A DNA stretch of 42,268 nt from Octopus sinensis (taxonomy: Eukaryota): NCBI RefSeq assembly GCF_006345805.1, contig NW_021835255.1:1-42268 (forward strand), read 5' to 3'. Both the position numbers and the translations under genes were made by a program. Below the pieces are notes generated by a model. It did no database searches, was not told the DNA's origin, and saw only the letters and a program-made list of their open reading frames with translations. This document shows positions 36,698 to 42,268 of the stretch, piece after piece (position 1 is the first letter of the stretch; each line of letters starts with the position of its first letter).

Positions 36698-37234
36698 ATA
36701 TATATTATTTAATACATACACACATACACACATACATACATACATACATACATACATACATACTACATACATACATACATACATATTCATTGATACAGTT
36801 ATCTCATAGAAAGTTAAGTAGATATTTAATGCTTACTACGTCATGTATACGTGTGTAGTGGCATACATTAAACCAAATTTAAACTAACTCACTTTTGGGA
36901 ACTATGAACTTTTGAACGTAGATGACTGTTTTTCACACCTACGAGAAAGACAGGTATGACATAGCAGTCGTCGTCTTTCATAACACACCTAGAATTTTGA
37001 AAAGAAGGATACATTACGTTGCATAATCTTCGATATAGGGTTAGGAAATATTTTAGGATGGTGTCAGACGCAACCATTAAACATAGGCCTACTTCCCAGA
37101 AAAGGTCTGGTACGTTAGAACAATTCTAATGATGACGACATCACAGTAGACCATAAGACTCCTCTTTCTGACACTGAAAAATAGAGAAACTGGAAACTCG
37201 GTATTGTGCCGTTAGAAAAGCAGATTTCGAATAT

Positions 37235-37315
37235 TTATCTATCAATCTATCTATCTAGCTAGCTAGCTATTTGTCTGTTTATCTATCTATCTAGCTAGCT
37301 AGCTAGCTAGCTAGC

Positions 37316-37357
<42 letters not shown>

Positions 37358-37377
37358 TTTGTCTGTTAATCTAGCTA

Positions 37378-37432
<55 letters not shown>

Positions 37433-37529
37433 TATACATATCCTTATACATTCTTTTCTTAGCTATTTATTTGTCTATCTATCTATCTGTTATACATTTC
37501 TTTTCTACTCACACTCTTTTTCTCTATCG

Positions 37530-37589
<60 letters not shown>

Positions 37590-37615
37590 TTATCGTTACA
37601 TATATATATATATAA
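37235..37615. repeat. (TAGC)n/(GATA)n/(TCTA)n/(CT)n compound microsatellite
   Basis: Directly visible. Confidence 0.95.
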
Positions 37616-37829
37616 TTTCTAAGTTTGAATTATTTAAATATTTTTTTAATTTTTAACTTATATATTTTTAAATTAATTTTATGTATTGGCTTATGTTTTT
37701 CACTGTTTGATTTGCCTAATAGTGGTTTTATCTCTAATTTAATATAATATAATATAAATATTTATACTATAAAATTGGATTTAACCCTAAATCTAATTTT
37801 TCCCTGTAAGTTGGATTTATTCCTAATAT

Positions 37830-37865
<36 letters not shown>

Positions 37866-38001
37866 GGAGATGTACTCGCATAGCAAGTAATTTGATCTGA
37901 GATCGTGTGCTGAAACGAAAACAATTGCAGCGTGGAAGGGTTTATAAGCCATTTAAGAACCCACAAAAGCCGTTCGATTCACTCCAACATTTAAGTTTAA
38001 T

Positions 38002-38049
38002 TTGTCAAAATATTTTCGTCGCTAAAATCCGCGACCTGTTCACTGACAA
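38002..38049 (-). ncRNA. Minimal hammerhead fold, G3-C8 core
   Basis: Exact reverse complement of 38071-38118. Confidence 0.72.
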
Positions 38050-38070
38050 AGTCCGAGATGCAGCACGTAC

Positions 38071-38118
38071 TTGTCAGTGAACAGGTCGCGGATTTTAGCG
38101 ACGAAAATATTTTGACAA
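38071..38118 (+). ncRNA. Minimal hammerhead fold, G3-C8 core
   Basis: TTGTCA-GTGAACA-G-GTCGC GGATTTTA GCGAC-GAAA-ATAT-T-T-TGACAA: 6-bp stem I, 5-bp stem II, palindromic AAUAUU stem III and a UUU triplet (predicted cut after 38112). Confidence 0.72.
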
Positions 38119-38283
38119 ATTAAACTTAATTGTTGGAGTGAATCGAACGGCTTTGTGTGTTTTTCTTAAATGGCTTATAAACACCTTCCACGCTGCAATT
38201 GTTATATATGTATAGATATATATATATATATATATATAATCTATATATATATATATAATAATTATATATATACACTATTATCA

Positions 38284-38317
<34 letters not shown>

Positions 38318-38874
38318 TATATCATCATATATATATATATATATATATATACACACTATTATCAGCATATATATATATATATATATAGATATATATATAT
38401 AATATATATATATACAACAGCAAAATTAAGGAACGGCCATAATAGGCCATTCAACCCACTAGAAATAACAGCCAAAGCTTCAACCGCAAACATATTAATT
38501 CCGTAAACCAGGAGAAAAATTTTAAAAACATTTACCCTGTAATACTTTATACGATGCATCGTTTCGTCTATTCTTTAATGGTAAATCAACCTGATTAAAT
38601 TAAATCAAGCTAATCTTCCATAGGCCTGTAGATTCATCAGTAAAGGCAGCCAGATCGGGGCAGATATTTATACGAGGCAGCTCCACTACTGTCTCTGCAA
38701 TATCTGACCTAAAATTTTCAAATCATCGCACCCGCGCCAAATTTATCGGCAGCAAATATAAGCTGCGATTCCATTACGGATTAAACAGAAAATTCATAAT
38801 TAATCAATATAGGTGGCAAAAAAATTTCGCAGAATTTTTTTGCCACCACGGAGCGGCCTAGTGGGAAAAAGTAA

Positions 38875-38919
<45 letters not shown>

Positions 38920-38944
38920 ATTATACACTATTATCAGCATTATT

Positions 38945-39205
38945 TTATTCTTTATCACAGTTTTGATTTGAACTCCCGGAGTCTTGAATGGTAGCAACGC
39001 TTACAACCTGAAGCCTAAGGGTACCATGGTACCGTTCCTTCAGCTATTACACGACATATCCTTATTATTCTGTCCGTGTCCAAATCAAAGAGCACAAACC
39101 TTTTGGCACAAATATACTGGCACTCTTATTTAAACCAAAATTCATTTATATTCATCTAGATGCTTTCTGATACTTTTCCCAAGGACCCAACAAAATTAGC
39201 ACTAT
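38945..39205 (-). mobile_element. Degenerate R4/Dong-type 3' end downstream (minus strand) of the 39207-39545 AAT-rich tract
   Basis: Frameshifted pieces VGSLGKVS, QKVC and LDTDRIIR resemble VGALGxVS...QKxxLLGTARIIR. The 3'UTR CCTTAG-GCTTCA-GGT-TGTAAGC resembles the 1.8-kb element's CCTTAG-hairpin. Confidence 0.5.
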
Positions 39206-39313
39206 CATAATTATTATTATTATGGCTATTATTATTAATTTTTTATTATTGTTGGTTATTATTATTATTATGTATTATCATTAATCATCATCATCATCAG
39301 CATTGGTTTATTA

Positions 39314-39355
<42 letters not shown>

Positions 39356-39424
39356 GTTTATGTATTTATTATTATTATTATTAATATTAATTATTATGAT
39401 TATTTATGATTTTATTTATTAGTA

Positions 39425-39455
<31 letters not shown>

Positions 39456-39645
39456 TTTAATTAATTATTATTATTATATTATTATTATTTATTATTATTA
39501 TTATTATTTATTTATTATTATTATTTATTATTATTATCATTATAATACTTCTGGATGTTCATTTTCTTTTGCCAGTTAAACACACGCACTATTTATTCAT
39601 TCTTCACTTCAGTTTTTATTCGTATTATTTTCAGTTTATACGTCC

Positions 39646-39688
39646 GTCAAATTTCTTTCGTCACACATTCCACGACTTCATCAGTGAC
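39646..39688 (-). ncRNA. Hammerhead-like fold with canonical CUGAUGA core, homologous to the 38-kb motif; stem III imperfect
   Basis: GTCA-CTGATGA-A-GTCGT GGAATGT GTGAC-GAAA-GAAA-T-T-TGAC. Confidence 0.55.
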
Positions 39689-40087
39689 TCTCTACATGTG
39701 TATGTGTGTGCATGTATGTGTGTGTATGCATTTGCTTCATGTTTTATTTGTGATACCCAGATGCATGTATACTTTTTATGCATGTTTAGTTTTAAATACA
39801 TTGTCAAATGGAAGACACGTCAACGACTTCGACACGTCAAAATCAACAAATGGGAAACTACCCGGATACCCATATTAGATAAGTAATGTCAGACAATCCT
39901 CAGATATCTATAAATAGATCAATATGTTGTTATGTATTGCCAAGAGACATACCACATCATTTGCCGTCCCACCACAAAATCAAATAATTGAATTGAACAT
40001 TTGTCACTTCTTGTATATCTAAAGCCTTAGGTTGTCGTACAAGAACAAAACTGATGCATTTAAGGTAAATAATATTTATATCATTTA

Positions 40088-40440
40088 GACTGCATAGTGC
40101 CAAGGACTCCAAATTTGCCATCAAGATGTAGGACAAGATACTGCGATAGCCTGGACTTCCGCGGTCCACAGCTCTTCAATATCCTTCCGAAGAACCTAAG
40201 AGACCTGCATGGGGTGGATGCAGATGTCTTTAAAATGAAACTGGATTTCTTCTTGTCAGGTGTCCCAGATGAACCAACTTCACGGCAGGAGGTGCAGATG
40301 AGGACAGCTGCATCGAACTCTCTCATGAACCAGATGGCATTTGCTAAAAAGCATTCGTGAAGTAAAATCATGTAGCAACACCAAATGGCGGTACCCCAGC
40401 ATGGCTACAGCTTGTGAGCTGAAACTAAATTAAAAAAAAA
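40088..40440 (+). mobile_element. CR1/L2-group (Jockey superfamily) LINE 3' end
   Basis: Translates as CIVPRTPNLPSRCRTRYCDSLDFRGPQLFNILPKNLRDLHGVDADVFKMKLDFFLSGVPDEPT...RTAASNSL, typical of the GPxLFNxLP...FKxKLDxFL ORF2 C-terminus. The 3'UTR ends in a stem-loop and an A-rich tail. Confidence 0.85.
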
Positions 40441-40799
40441 AATTTTTTTAATCATTTAGACCGTAAAGGGTAATTCTTTTTTTTTCAACCGAGATGCTTG
40501 GGTGGTGCGCTTTCCTTTTTTTTTTTTTGCGAGTTTGTTTTGTGATGCCTTGATGTGAGTAAAACCTGTTACTTGTTTAGTTTTAAATTTATAACCAGAA
40601 CACTTCAACAATCTCGATTTCAACAAAATCGACAAATGGGAGACTACTCGAATTCCCAGTTAAGATATCAGGCAATCCTCAAATATCCATAAACAGATAT
40701 CTGACTGGGTGCGCAGTTGTGCCTATGGCACACCGATTAGTAATTTGTCTTTGTAAAAGAAGCCACGTTTAACATACGCACCCACACGTAGACAACATG

Positions 40800-40848
<49 letters not shown>

Positions 40849-41007
40849 TAGGAAAGAGTGGAGCTGAACGTAGATTTAACAAATTCCTTTATTTTATTTT
40901 CGACATATGTTTCGAAGTCTGTTGTGAGTTTGCTACCCCAGGTATCGGTTATCTTTCGAATTATCCGTAATAAAATAATTCATATTGTCTATTTGATATA
41001 TATATAT

Positions 41008-41054
<47 letters not shown>

Positions 41055-41274
41055 CATAACCAACCAACCAAGAATTCACAAGGACCTCGAACCTACAAGA
41101 GTAAACAAGAGAGACAGAGACAGACAGATACAAGGAAAAGCCCCTTGTATTTGAACACTATACAAATATTCTTTTAAAAATCTTTTCTTTTAATTTTTCT
41201 AAATTCAATTATTTAATTGTAACAGTTAGAATTTTCTATCTTGACTTCTTTTTCCATATATATATATATATATA

Positions 41275-41605
41275 TGGCTCAGTGGTTAGAGCGTCGAGCT
41301 CACAAACATGAGGTAGTGAGTTCGATTCTCGGGTCAGACTGTGTTGTGTTCTTGAGCAAGTCACTTTATTTCATGTTGCTCCAGTTCACTCAGCTGTAGA
41401 AACTAGTTGTGATGTCACTGGTGCCAAGCTGTACCGGCCATTGCCTTTCCCTTGTATAACATCGGTGGCATGTAGAAGGGAGGCTGGCATGCATGGACAA
41501 CAGCTAGTCTTCCATAAACAACCTTGCCCAGATTTGTGCCTCGGAGGGTAACTTTCTAGGTGCAATCCTATGGTCATTCGTGACCAAAGGAGGTTTTCTT
41601 CTTCA
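41275..41605 (+). mobile_element. CORE-type tRNA SINE (family C), near full length
   Basis: A and B boxes (TGGCTCAGTGG; GAGTTCGATTC). 41346-41402 GTGTTCTTGAGCAAGTCACTTTATTTCATGTTGCTCCAGTTCACTCAGCTGTAGAAA aligns with the MIR/CORE consensus GTGACCTTGGGCAAGTCACTTAACCTCTCTGTGCCTCAGTTTCCTCATCTGTAAAA as I recall it. Confidence 0.85.
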
Positions 41606-42268
41606 TATATATATACATGTAATCTTAAATTTGGGTATACACATTGTAGTATGCTGTTTAAAGCAGATTCACTTCCCCGGCTACTCGTTGTCATCAAAGT
41701 ATGGATATAAGTGCCACTGGATTTATTTAAAAAATTCCTTCGTGTCTGTTGAGTTTATAGTGTCAAAGGAAAAGGAATTCACGAGATTCTTTATTAATCA
41801 CTACAATCGCTTCGACCCATCTTGGGATTCAGTAAAACTAGTTATGGTGCATCATTCGGTGCAGATGTACCTCACCAAGTGACTTTTCAAAAGGTCCCTC
41901 GTTCATTAAACTCGGTTTCGCTGAAATTTGATTATAATACATTTTGTTATTTGCCTGTAGCTGATGGCGTATAGAGGGGATGATGATTTAGAAATCAGAT
42001 TAGATTTAGACTTCTAAGTCACACCTATATATTAATCTGCTTGTTCGTTCGCCCGTTATACATCAGTTAGTAAAAGAGGTGGTGGAGATGGAGGTGGAGT
42101 ACGTGAGAGGTGGAGTGAGAGAGAAAGAAGTAGAGGAAGGTGATTAATATTGATACACTAAGGCCAAATGGCCACGTGATCAGGTGAAGGTAGAAGCGAA
42201 GAACGAGAGAAAAGACGACGAGAGAAGTGTTAACGACGTGTGGTGCAGTGCGATGAGAAGAAATATTC

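Larger units (their letters stand above)
37862..38203. mobile_element. PLE-LTR-like inverted pair (arms 37920-38049 and 38071-38203) in (TA)n, each arm starting at a hammerhead
   Basis: The arms are about 95% reverse complementary by eye, with a 21-nt spacer. Confidence 0.88.

Noticed and set aside
40895-40920. Minus-strand GACTTC-GAAA-CATATG-TC half-hammerhead
   Set aside because: The CUGANGA box and the 5' strand of stem II were not found nearby, so the fold is incomplete.

Overview
AT-rich animal genomic DNA, saturated with microsatellites and transposon debris. The SINE families and repeat landscape look like an octopus or other cephalopod genome (inference). I can support no intact host protein-coding gene, and nearly all ORFs in the supplied track are translations of (CA)n, (TA)n, (TACA)n or (AAT)n tracts. 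The window holds about 25 tRNA-derived SINE copies from several families, one of them with a CORE-like domain. It also holds two Helentron-type non-autonomous elements, three Tc1/mariner-derived pieces, a Penelope-like (GIY-YIG) relic, a CR1/L2-group LINE 3' end, and six fragments of R4/Dong-type RLE retrotransposons. Three patterns stand out. (1) Small (TA)n-embedded, Penelope-LTR/retrozyme-like elements carry minimal hammerhead ribozyme folds whose tertiary 3-8 core pair covaries between families (C-G, G-C, U-A); one of them is a 362-nt circularly permuted unit. (2) Three different 5'-truncated R4/Dong 3' ends sit head to tail in one (AAT)n tract, and another R4-like element is embedded in (CATA)n. 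(3) The commonest SINE and the LINE remnant share a 3' stem-loop with compensatory base changes, which points to a SINE-LINE partnership. All translations, alignments and folds were done by eye; none were run computationally.
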